Shown here piece after piece: positions 11,263-23,045 of a DNA stretch of 64,000 nucleotides. The translations under genes were made by a program, and so were the position numbers. The notes beneath the pieces were generated by a model. The model was not told the origin of the DNA. It made no database searches and saw only the letters and a program-made list of their open reading frames with translations. This DNA is from Selaginella moellendorffii (Eukaryota > Plantae > Lycopodiophyta), in contig NW_003314273.1 of NCBI RefSeq assembly GCF_000143415.4, positions 62,001-126,000 on the forward strand. The letters run 5' to 3'. The first letter of the stretch is position 1. Each line of letters starts with the position of its first letter.

Positions 11263-12617
11263 ATGGCGAGCTTTGAAGTGCAAGAGCGCCAAGTCTCAAT
11301 GATCTCTCCCGAGAAGAAACTGGAAGATGCCCACTACTCCAAGCTTCCATTCACGACTTTCGACATAATGCAAAAGAGAAGCAGCATGCCTTACCTCCAG
11401 CGCGTTTGCTTCTTCGAATCCAAAGGCGGTAGCAGTAGCAGTAACGAGAGCTTGATTGAGAGGATGAAGGCGAGCTTGGCCAAAGTCCTGGTAGATTTCT
11501 ATCCCTTAGCTGGAAGGCTAGAGATAAAAAACGAGGGAGACAGACCTGTGATCTCTTGCAGCGGAGCCGGCGTTGAGTTCTGCGTCGCTGATGCAAACGT
11601 CTCCCTGGAGGAGCTCGATTACTCCCAGCCCCGGCCGTGGTTCTCCAAGCTGATCAAAAGAGGAAACTATGAGTTTAGTGGCTTGTCGACCAACATACCT
11701 TTCATCACTATCCAGGTAAAGATCCCGCAAAAAGGCTTTTTTCTCGCGTTTGATCTCGTGAAGAACAGGTGACCGTGTTTCGCTGCGGAGGCGTGTGTGT
11801 TGCTTGGTCGTATGATCATCTCGTCATGGACGGCAGCTCGCAGTGGCAATTCATGTGTTCCTGGTCCGAGATCTGTCGAGGCCTTCCCATCTCCAGGCCT
11901 CCAACTCACGACCGGTTTTTCGAGCAGCAGCACGAGCAGTTCTCCAGCATAACCCCGACCAGTTCCCTTTCATGTGTCTTCGAGGACGTTTCCTCTGGCA
12001 TGGAGGCCAAGATCTTCGAGTTCGATGACGAGACTATCGAGAGGCTTAAGTTCTTGGCGTCGGGTCGTTTCTCAGCGTTCGAGGTCGTGGCGTCACAGGT
12101 CTGGATAGCACTTTGCAAGGCTCGCGATCTTCCAGCGTCTCAGAAAACCAGCCATCAGCTTCCACTCAACTGTAGAAGCCGGCTGAGCACTCCTCTCCCG
12201 GCCGGCTACTTTGGAAACTGTGTGCTCTGTGCGTTGGCCGAGTCCACAGCCGGGGAACTTGTGACTGGAGGGCTTCCATTCACGGCAGCTGTTGTCCACG
12301 AGGCAATCACGAGTTTCAAGAAGGATGAGATCCGCTCCGCAATTGCCATCTACAACGAAGACACCAAAGGGACTAGCCCGTTCAGCAAAGGCGTGACAGA
12401 TGGTGTGGATACCTGGGGTGGCAGCTCTCCAAGATTTCCAATGTATAGTCTGGACTTTGGATGGGGGAAACCAGCCGCTGTTCGACACGCTACGAAGCTG
12501 TGGAACGGCTTCTGCTTCTACGACCCGTCACCGAGAGGTGGTAAAGCCATTGAAGCCACGGTGTACCTTTCTCCTGAAACAATGGCGAAGTTCAGTGAGG
12601 AAGTCAAGACGAATTAA
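11263..12617 (+). CDS. BAHD acyltransferase 1 (2 exons, intron 11716-11769)
   Basis: FYPLAGRL, HLVMDG (HXXXD), GYFGNC and GSSPRFPMYSLDFGWGKP (DFGWG). Intron at the conserved Q position upstream of HXXXD. C-terminus resembles the DCR-like group. Confidence 0.93.
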
Positions 12618-12801
12618 TCCTGTGTACCACCTTACGTGTTATATCCAAAGTCCGTCGTCTCGTCTGCTTGTGTGACATGACTTGACTCCAATCAATCCGT
12701 GCCTGCTGTTTAGAATATAATATCCCCGAGCCTCTAGGAGTCCGTGCGTTTCTGTGCTGCTTTGCTTGTCACTGCGAGTTCGGGCTTGGATCTCCGACGG
12801 G

Positions 12802-14221
12802 ATGAAGATGAAAATGGACGACTTTCAAGTGAAAATCACCGAGGTACATCTTGTCTCGCCTGCAGATCCCACAGAGAGGTGTCAGCTCCCCTTCACAACA
12901 TTCGATCTAATGCAAAAGAGGGACTCCATGCCATACCTTCAAAGAGTAGCGTTCTATGAATCCACTGGTAAAGACGCAGATCTCCTCGTCCGCAACATGA
13001 AGGAGGGCCTCGCCAAAGTTTTGGTGGACTTCTATCCCTTTGCCGGAAGGATAAGTTTCTCAGGAGGTGGCATGCCGGAGCTGGATTGCAACGACCATGG
13101 CGTCGAGCTGAGCGTGGCCGAGGCCAATGCGTCACTGGAAGAGCTGGACACCTCTCAGTACTCACCGCTGTTTAAGAAGCTCATACTGCGTGGGAACTAC
13201 GAAGAGACCACCATGACCGGCACAGCACCACTCTTCGCTGCTCAGGTACCGTAGAGTTTTCCTTCTTTTTCCTGGGCACAGCTCTCAAGTATTCTTGGTG
13301 GATCTGTTCTTGGGGATCTCCCAGGTGACTAAGTTCAAGTGTGGAGCTGTGTCAGTTGCTTGGTCCTTCGATCACCTGGCAGTTGACGGGATCGCGATGA
13401 TGCACTTCATCACCTCCTGGGCCGAGGCAAGCAGCGGCAAGCCGATCTCCAAGCCTCCAGTCCATGACCGCTACTTTGAGCGGAGGAACAAAGATCTGGC
13501 AGCCAAAGTTGATGATTCCGCTCCATTCCAGTACACCTTCGTGGATCCAACAGCTGGAGTGGAGTCCAGGATCTTCTCCTTCGACGAAGACGAGGTGGAG
13601 AAGATGAAAAAACTCGTGCTCGAAGGAAACTCCGACCAGCAAGAGAACGGAGAACACGAGAGCTTCACCACCTACGAGGCCGTTGCGGCACACTTTTGGG
13701 TGGAGCTCTGCCGTGCTCGAGATCTTCCAAAGTCGCAGACGACGAGAGCCCAGATTGCCGTCAACTGCCGCCCAAAGATCGTGCCGCCGGTGCCACAGGA
13801 ATACTTCGGCAATGTTGTTCTCCCCGGATTGGCGGTGTCCACCATCGGCGAGCTCACGGCACCCGGCAGCAAGGCGGTGGCGGCCAGGCTGCTCAAGAAA
13901 TCCATCAGGAGCTTTGGAATGGAGGAGATCCGGTCGCAAATCCAGAGCTACCACGAGAACTACCGCAACAAAAATCCAATGGCGCAGGGGCTGACCGATG
14001 GAGTGGACATCTTCTTTGGGAGCTCGTTGCGGCACCCTCTGTACGAGGTGGATTTCGGATGGGGCAAACCTGTGGCGGTGCGCCACGGACGATTCCTATG
14101 GGACGGCTTCTGCTTCTTCGATCCAAGCCCTAGGGGCGGGAGGAGCATGGACGCCACCGTACATTTGCCGCCCCCAACCATGGCCAAATTCGCAGCTACA
14201 ATCAAAATGCTAGAACCCTAA
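12802..14221 (+). CDS. BAHD acyltransferase 2, tandem paralog (2 exons, intron 13246-13324)
   Basis: FYPFAGRI, HLAVDG, EYFGN and YEVDFGWGKP. Shares LPFTTFD.MQKR.SMPYLQRV with paralog 1. Confidence 0.93.
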
Positions 14222-14249
14222 AATGGTACTTTCAAAATTTCACATTTTA

Positions 14250-17053
14250 TTTTTTAAGAGTGCATAAAATATGGAAATGAAATATAAAAATATGCCCAAA
14301 AACCTTAATTTATATATAGGAGCACGTAATTCAGATTAAAACCAATTTGATAGCTAATGAAATTCTATTATGCTAATATTAGTTTATGACATTATAACTG
14401 TACATTTGGATTTTATATCATCCTTTACTCCCAGAATGATATAAAATAGGTTTACTTAGGGATGGGCTGCAATATAAAAGAACATTAAGAGGAGGCATTG
14501 ATGGATCTATAAGTGGTGTTAGTTGTTCTTAATCTTTTTATATTAGCATTTCAGCTAATGTATATGTACAATTTTTGGAGGATCAACTTGCTAAACATCC
14601 TATTGAACCTCATAAATTTGTGGTCCCACTTGCCACAACACTTGGATATAGTTCTTTCCACTAAACAAGAAGCCCATTAGATAAACCATATGCCATAAAA
14701 TTAAAAAAATATACTATCTACTTTGTACTTTACAAGTGGATGATAATGGAAGTTGTAAAGTTGTTATTGTCCCAGTTATACACGGTTTAGATTTTTGGTA
14801 AACTTTGCTTGGACAAGTGGAATATTAATCAAATATTAGTTGTACAACTTAGCATTGGCAATTTGGTAATCATGAAGGTAAACCCAACTCATCCAAGAGA
14901 TGGCAAATAATCATCCTAATTTGAATGTTGAAAGTTCATGTACTTCATGATCATCTATTTGAAGGTTCGAATGAGCCATTCCACTAAATCGTCTAACTGT
15001 GGATGATAAACACTTGTGAAAGTGTGGTATATCCCTAATCAAGACATTAAAATGTGAAATGCCTTAGCCATAAATGACAGACCATTATCTAACAAAATTC
15101 ACTTTCGACAAAAATGTTGGAACACCACTTGATTAAAAAGGAAGTATTCAACAATAGTTGCAAACGTGCTAGCAAAAGCATTAACTTTCACTCAACGAGT
15201 CAAGTAGTTAGAAATAATAATGACATACTCATTACCAGTAGTCAATCGTGGAAAAGGCCCCATCATATCAAACGCCACTAACTCAAACGGATGGGAAATT
15301 ATAATTAATTTCAACTGTCCTTTTGTAACAAAAGAGGAAGTATTACGAACTTGGAACCAAATGTAGCTATGCACATATTAAATAACATCACGTCGCATCT
15401 CTGGCCAATAAAAAGATTTGTGCAACGTCTTGGTCATATGAGAATATCCTATCTACTCGCCTAAAACAAGAGAATCATAGTAGACATGGAGAAAGTGTGT
15501 AATAAACATTGAAAACACCACCAATGGTAAATGATTATTAGGATTTGTCCCCACAAAATAAAAAAAGCCATCCTTAAGGAGATATTGAGAATGTAAATGC
15601 CAAAATGGCAAATCATCAACAATTGATGCAAGATTCTCAAATCCATTGCGAAGCCTTTGAATCCATGACTCAATATTTTAAGCATCAAAACCTTGTCAAA
15701 AGAAGGTAAATTGTGCTTTGCACCTTGTGAACACTAAACATCAAATATAACAACTACTAATAGCATGGAGTCCTTGTCTAAAAATTCACAGATGTTGGAA
15801 AAACAAGTTCGTTATAAAAATGAGAAAAGAGCAAAGAAGGAAGAAGAGCTCGAGAAAGGGCATTAACATCAACCATAGAACTCTCTAGAGATAAATAACA
15901 TCAAAATCATATATCTGAAGCTTCAAAGCCCATCGAGCACTACGACCAACAAAGTTTGATTGCTTCAATAATAAAGTAATTATAACATAATCACCTTCTA
16001 GTAATGTTTGATATGCATGAAGTTTTTCAAAACCCCAAACTACTGCTAAACACTCCTTCTCTGTCATGAAATAGTTTACCTTTGTTCGTTATAATGTACA
16101 ACTAATATATGTAATGGGATAGTGTTGACTAAGCACACTTGGGTTTTCTTGCATTAACACACCTCTGAGACCAATATTAGAAACATCCATATGTAAAATG
16201 AAAGGTCAAGTGAAGTCCGAATATACCAAAATTGGAAGAGTTGTTAATAGCTCTTTGAGATTTATAAATGCTCGCTCACAGTCTATAGACCAGATAGAAG
16301 ATGATATGGACAACGTTTGCAACACTCGCAACTATGTAGTACAATCAGAAAGATGATCAAAAAAACAATCAAGATACTACACCTTGCCCAAGTAACACTG
16401 CATATCATTTATACACTTTGGAGTAAGGAATTTTAAAACAACCACAAGTTTATCAGGATCAATTTGCAAGCCCTCATGAGAAATATAGTTAAGTTGTGTC
16501 CTTAAACCCAAATACATACTTCAACCACTTCAACTTTAAACCAACATCCCGTAACCGATTCAACACCTTACGAACATCATAAATGTGTTCCTCCTATGTC
16601 CCCTCCAAATGGATCAAGATATTATTGATGAAGTCAACAACCACCTCCAACATGTCGCAAAGAACCTTGTCCAACATTCGTTGGAAAGTCACTAAAGCAT
16701 TGTTTAAACCAAACAGCATCAAGAACTTGTATAAACCAAATGGTGTATGAAAAATAGTCTTAGAAATATCTTCCTTGGCCATCGGCACTACCAATACCTA
16801 GAAGCAAAATCTAAGTTGGTGAACTGACTTCTCTCTAGACGATCTAAGAGATTAGCAGTGTGAGGAAGAAGGTATACATTCAGGATTGTCACTTCGTTTA
16901 ATGGATGATAGTTGATGTAGAAACAAATACTCTAGTAGGCTTTATTACAAGATGAACTTCACATACCCAAGGACTCTGCGACTTTTGAATAACACCCTTT
17001 TCCAATATTTCTTTGACATTTATATGTAAAATCTTGATCTCTTTTGGTGACTG
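14250..17053 (-). mobile_element. Decayed Ty3/gypsy element, family A, 3' half (RT, RNase H, integrase, degenerate 3' LTR ~14250-14418)
   Basis: Fragments FHTPFGLYKFL.FGLNNA, TEKECLAVVWG and PFELVAFDMMGPFP. The LTR resembles 31207-31380 and 43396-43570. Confidence 0.85.
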
Positions 17054-17133
17054 TGTAAGGAACTAACTCCCCGAGGTGTGAAAAGCTAAAGGATCCCCGA
17101 AAGTATAACCAAAATGATAAAGAGTTCATTAGA

Positions 17134-17300
17134 TGAGACCAAGTCCAAGATTGAGTTTGAGACCGACTCTAAGACCGAGTTCGAGACCGAGTTTGAAACC
17201 GAGTTTGAGACCGAGTCCAAGACTGAGTTCGAGATCAAGTCTGAGATTCGAGATTGGGTCCAAGACCGAGATTGAGTTCGAAATTGAGTCCAACGAGTAC
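17134..17300. repeat. Degenerate 12-bp tandem array (GAGTTCGAGACC-like) in the family B LTR
   Basis: Repeating gaccgagt(t/c)(c/t)ga units; encodes RPSP/RPSL repeats. Confidence 0.85.
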
Positions 17301-17312
17301 GCGGGCCGATTT

Positions 17313-17412
17313 NNNNNNNNNNNNNNNNNNNNNNNNNNNNNNNNNNNNNNNNNNNNNNNNNNNNNNNNNNNNNNNNNNNNNNNNNNNNNNNNNNNNNNNN
17401 NNNNNNNNNNNN
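17313..17412. other. Assembly gap (100 N)
   Basis: Run of N between the tandem array and a poly-G tract. Confidence 1.
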
Positions 17413-20400
17413 TTGGGGGGGGGGGGGGCTACAGGGGGTTCCAAAAAGTATAGTAGGGATAGTGAGGTTCAGTAATTAGTCTTGAAGGAAATCTCCAGTG
17501 GTGCTTCCAAATTGACTTGAGGTTGAGATTGGGGCTAAGGGGCCTTAGGTGGGAGTGAGCATGGACTCAGGTGATGCCAAAAGGGCCACCCAAGGAAGTG
17601 CTCAAGAGTAGCTCCCACTCCTAAAAGGAAAACCAACTGTTGTGTGCTCCTGGCTCATGTAGAGTGGTGCCCCACTTGAGTACCTTTGTGACTCATTGGT
17701 CCTCACTTTTCCTAGGGGCTTGGGCCTTCCCTTCGGGATGGAAATGGGGGAGTAGGGGTACTTATACTGGGCCATTAGGCCACAATGTTTCCCCTTGGTG
17801 TCCCGAAGCAAGTGTTGCATCCAAGGCTTGGGATTTAGAGGGTCCCATGATCAAGTTTTATTGTACTAAGGGATGTTAAAAATTTGGAGGCTTAGCGTGC
17901 TTGGCTGCTTGTGCTTGTAGGGAGTGTAGCCAAACCTTAAATCTAGTCTAACCTGAGGAGGGGGATTGAGAGAGATTTGGGAATTCGTGGATGGATGGTT
18001 AATGCTCCATTGCTCGTATAGTGAGTAACTGAAACCAAGTAGGACCAAGTAAGAGCTGGTACAATATGTAAAAATCTTGGCGAGGGAACTTAATTAGGGC
18101 TAAGGTAGTGTTGGTCGAATAGACGAGGTAAACTGGCAAATTGGAAAGGAAAAATTTATGGCTTACAATTTAGTATTGGAGTTTTTTCCTCAGTTCTAGC
18201 GAAGGATAAAGGCAGATTGTTGGGAGATGGCAAGGTAGGGTATAAAAGAACTAAAGTGAAGATGGAACTGTTGGGGGAAGGAGGGGCGCTTCCCCCAACG
18301 CTCGCTCAAACACAAGAAATGCTTTACTGCTCTCCACAAAATGCCCCCCCTCGCCCTTGTGAGGCAAAGGTTTTATACAAGGAAGATGGGGAATATTCTG
18401 AGGACCAGAATATTCCCTCTCTCTCTCTCACTCTCCCAGTGGCCACGCCCTAACATGCGACCACGATGGATCGCACTGGCTCTAGACACGCAAGAACCCT
18501 TCGAAGAGTGTAGAGTGTGCCTCTGCTACTGATGCCAAGTGCTGGTAGCTGCGTGAAATAGTAGAAACTGTAGAAAACAAAGTGGAAAAGAAAGAAAAGA
18601 GGTAGGTGTGAAGTTTGGAGACGGGGAGGAAAACCCGGTGGGAAACCCTATAGTCAAACTGGATCTTGAAGGTGAAGAAAAGGTGTAGAAAAAGTGTGAA
18701 AAGAGGAGGAAAATAGAGGAAGAAAAAGGTGTGAGTACCCAAAGAACTTAACCCATACCTGGATTTCGGCTCAGAAAAGTGTAATATGCAAATGCAGCCT
18801 CTTGATGACTTCCGGTATGCTCCAAGGATTGGCCGAAATCAAGAAAGAAAGAGGTAGAAGAGGGGATGTGTTGCCCAAGGGTGGTAAGTGTGGAAATGAT
18901 GAAAGATGGAGTGATATGGTGGAGCACCGAGATGGTGGTGGCACTCTAAAGTGGTAGCCATTGATAACCATTGGCCCGTAGAGTAAGCACTGGCCACTCG
19001 GAGTAGCCGGTAACTGGTAACTGGTAGCCAGGTACCTATAACCTGTAACCGGTAACCACCTGCTCTCGCTCCTACTCTTGTGCCAGCTCCAGCACCGATA
19101 TGGTGGAGTAATATGGTGGAGCACTAAGATGGTGGTGGCACTCTGAGAAGGTGGCTAGTCTGATGTGTCGGACTGAAGAAGTCAGCAGCTGAAAAAGATG
19201 TCATAGTCACTAGGTTGCCGGCAAAGGGAGGTGGCATGTGTCCACTGAGTGTTGGAGCAGAAGAAAGTGGCTTTGGCTTCTATGGCCTCGCCTAAAGATC
19301 CACCTAGGTGCCTTGAGTGAATAGGTTCACCTGGTTGGAAGAAAGTTGCTCCAGAAAAGCTAGTGCGTCGTCGGCAAATGGTCGTTAGGACATCTCGGAA
19401 ACGGCACATCCAAATGAGGAGGTGTCTTTTGCTGCTGGTGCATGTATGTGCATCCGTGGTATGGTGTAAATGTGACCTCAAACGGAGATGTGAATGATGG
19501 TGAAAGAATGAAAGATGCAAGACGGGCATCTAGAGATAAGTGCGGGCAACGCTGTTGGAAGTGATTGGTGATGGAACTGTGAGTGTAGATGATATGGAAT
19601 GAGTGTGGGAAATGTGCAGGGTATAGTAATGATAAAGGAAGGGCCAAAGAACCTGGAACATAGACCGAGCCAAGCGAGGAACCTCCATACAAACGGCAAT
19701 GCAGCCTGAGCACAAAATCCAAGGCATGGGCCACGGTCCAATGGAGAAACACCCTCTGAAAGTAAGAAAGTAGCCATGAAAGTAAAGTGAAAGAAAGGAA
19801 GAAAATGAAGAAGAAGAAGAAGAGAAGAGGAACGCCTCACCGGATGAAGCGTTTGAGATGAGAGTGGTTGTGAGCATGTGGGAGCTCACGTCCATCCGCA
19901 TCAACTAGCATATATGCTCCGCCTCCGATGTGTCGCTGGACAAAGTAGGGGCCGGTCCAGCGAGGGGAGAACTTCAAAGATGGCGTGAACTCCTTGAGTA
20001 GAACGAGATCGCCATCCTCGAATGGTTCGGCAGACTGCTGGTGATCGATGACTGACTTAATCTTCTGCTTGCCTCGAAGGAGATGTTTAGACGTGGATTG
20101 TCGCTGTTCTTCCAAGGCAAGAACCTCCAAGTCACGTGCATGAAGCTTGTCTTCATCGCTAAGCTGCATCGCTGCTGCGTATCGAAGTGAAAGTGAGAGT
20201 GATGGCACCTGGATCTCTACTGGAAGTACGGCCTCTATCCCATAGACAAGGGAAAATGGGGTCGCAGAGATGGATGTCTTGAAGGATGTCTGAAAGGCCC
20301 ACAATGCCGTAACCAAGTGCTCATGCCAATGCCTTGGGTGATCCTCCACAAGCTTTGAGATGACTGTCTTCAATATCTTGTTGCTGGACTCTGCCTGGCC

Positions 20401-22689
20401 ATTGCACTCAGGATAATAGCTGCTGCTCTTCACGTGCTTGACCTACAGCTATTGGAGAAGATGCTACATCACATGTCCAAGGAAGCCGCTGCCGCGATCG
20501 GAAATCAAAACAGTAGGAACTCCAAATCAACAAATGATGTACTCGTAGACAAACTTTGCTGTAGATTGTTGATCTGCCTATCGCCAAGGGGTGGCCTCGA
20601 CCCATTTTGTGAAATAGTCTGTTGCCATGATGATGTATCGCTATCCTTTTGAGCTCGGTGGGTTGATCGGGTTGACAAAGTCAAGTCCCCACTAGAAAAA
20701 GGGACCCGGAGAAGTAATGAGCTGGAAAGGAAGACATGGAACATAGCTCCGGGGGTTGAACCATTGGCATTGCTCACATCACTTTGCATAGGCTAGGCTG
20801 TCCTGGTGAATCCGAGGCCAAAAGTAGCCATGGTGCAAGAGGAGCTGTGCTGTAACCCGTCCCGAGAAATGCCCCGCACAAGAGTGGAAAGTGCGAAGGA
20901 GCTCAGGGACCTCGTGTTCCCCCACACACCACAACAAAACTTCTTGAGAAGTCCTCCTGTAAAGGTGTCCGTCAAGAAGGCAAAACCCCCGTGCTCAGAT
21001 CTCCAACGCCTTTTGTTGTACTGGTGAGGAATCTGCTGGGAACTGACCTAAATCCAGGTACACCGCAACATCCTGTAATGCTGCTGGGACCACAAAGGAA
21101 GTAGCCTCAGCAACCAGGAACTCGCTCGGATCCATCACACGCTTCCACCACATGTGAAAAGTTGGTTGGAACTCTTGGATGGTCACAATCCAAGATGAAG
21201 TACGAGGACTGTGAACCAGTCGCTGTAAAAGAAAGGTCAGCACATTAAAATAGACGTGGAAATGGATACGGGCTCCAGCGAGAAAGTGACGGAATCGCTC
21301 CAAGGTGTAAACAATAGCCATTGCTTCTTTTTCCGCATCCATATATTTCTTTTCAGTCTCCTTGAACGAATGTGAGGCATAATATGTTGCATGTGGTGGC
21401 TTGCCAAGCTATGAACATTGGCAAAGGCATACTCCAAAAGCCTCTGTACCTGTTGTGATGTAAATGTCAAAAGGAAGTTATCGTTCTGGTGGTTGGAGTA
21501 CCAGGGCCGTGCGGAGTGACTGCTGTAGTGATTCAAAAGCTTGTTGCTGGGACTCACCCCAGATGAATGGAACATTGTGTTGTAGCAGAGCTACCAAAGG
21601 CTGTGAACGTGTAGCATAATTGTGGAGGAAATGGCAAAAGAAACCCGTTTGCCCAAGGAAGCTGCAAAGCTGTTTCAAGTTGGTTGGTGGGTTCCGATCC
21701 AGAATCTCCTGAGCCTTGGCTACCTAGGGTTTGATCCCATCTTGCGAGACATCAAAGCCTAGTAACCGGCCTTCAGTCACCCCAAATTTACACTTTGCCG
21801 GGTTCAACGAAAACCTGTGTTGTTGGCAGCGAGTGAAGATCTGTTCCAAGTGCACAAGGTGATCCTCAAAGGAGTCAGAGGTTGTGTACAGATCATCCAT
21901 ATACACCCTCAAGGCGCCTCCAATCAAGTCATGAAAGGTGTGGGTCATAAAGCACTGAAAAGTAGCTCCGGCATTGCACAAGCCAAATGGGAGGACGTTG
22001 AAAGCAAAGATGCCCCAAGGTGTCCGAAAGGCCGTAAGATCTCGATGATCCGGATGAATGAAGATCTAGTTGTACCCTGAAAAGCCATCCATGAAAGAGT
22101 AGTACTGGTGTCCAGCCATCTCATCCACAATTGCATTGATAAATGGAGTTGGAAAGTGATCTTTCGCAGTTCCCTTGTTCAAGTCTCAAAAATCAATGTA
22201 GAGGCAGAGTTTTCCATTTGCCTTGCATGCAGGGACGAGATTGCCCACCCACTCTGAGCTCTCCAAAGGGTAAATAAAGCCGGCTGCTAGTAGTCACTCA
22301 ATCTCCAACTTCATCTCGAAGTGAGCTGTCGGGCTGAAATGCCGCATCTTTTGACGGACTGGTTTGGCTGACTCTAAAAGCACAATATTGTGCATGATTG
22401 TGTCCATGGGAACTCTTAGAAGTTGACTGTAGTCCCAATCAAACACGTCCTTGAAATCGTGAAGGAGATCCAAGAGCTTTGCTGTGTTTGTTGAAGCAAG
22501 CGATGTGGCGATAAATACCGGGTCCTTGTCATCACCTAGGAAAACGGCATGAACCTTGGAGTCTAGAGAAACCTTGGGTTCAGGGGGTTCATCTATCTTT
22601 GATTCCTCCCTGACTCTGGAAACCAAAGAGCAGGGAGTGCCTTTTGCCTCTCGCATTATAGTGATTGCTTGATGTGATAACTTGTCTGC

Positions 22690-23045
22690 CTAAAAGTTTT
22701 CTTCACAAGGGACACTTTGAAAGGTCACCTGAGAGAACCCATTCTTCAGGTTGACTGCCCGCTGCCAGAGCTCTTTCAGGTTCTCTTTGCGGACTTGGTA
22801 TTCTCCAGTAAGTTGGCGTATGATGAGTTGCGCATCTCCAACAAAAGTGACTCGCCTAAACTTGAGATCTGTGGCCAGCTTCATGGCACTGATGGCCCCC
22901 AAGTACTCTGCTTCATTAGCTGATGTTGCTGGCAAAGTGATAGAGAGGTCGGCTACTTTGTTCTCCGCAGAATCAATCATCCAAACTCCAATGCCGGCAA
23001 CCTGGTTTTTGGGGTAGAAAGCACCGTCAAAATAAGCTGTAATCA
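22690..23045 (-). other. Additional archaeal-type RNase H (aRH) domain between protease and RT
   Basis: YFDGAF...AGIG...SANEAEYLGAISAM...VTFVGDAQLIIRQLTGEYQV...EEN.xAD follows the RNase HI pattern. Confidence 0.9.
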
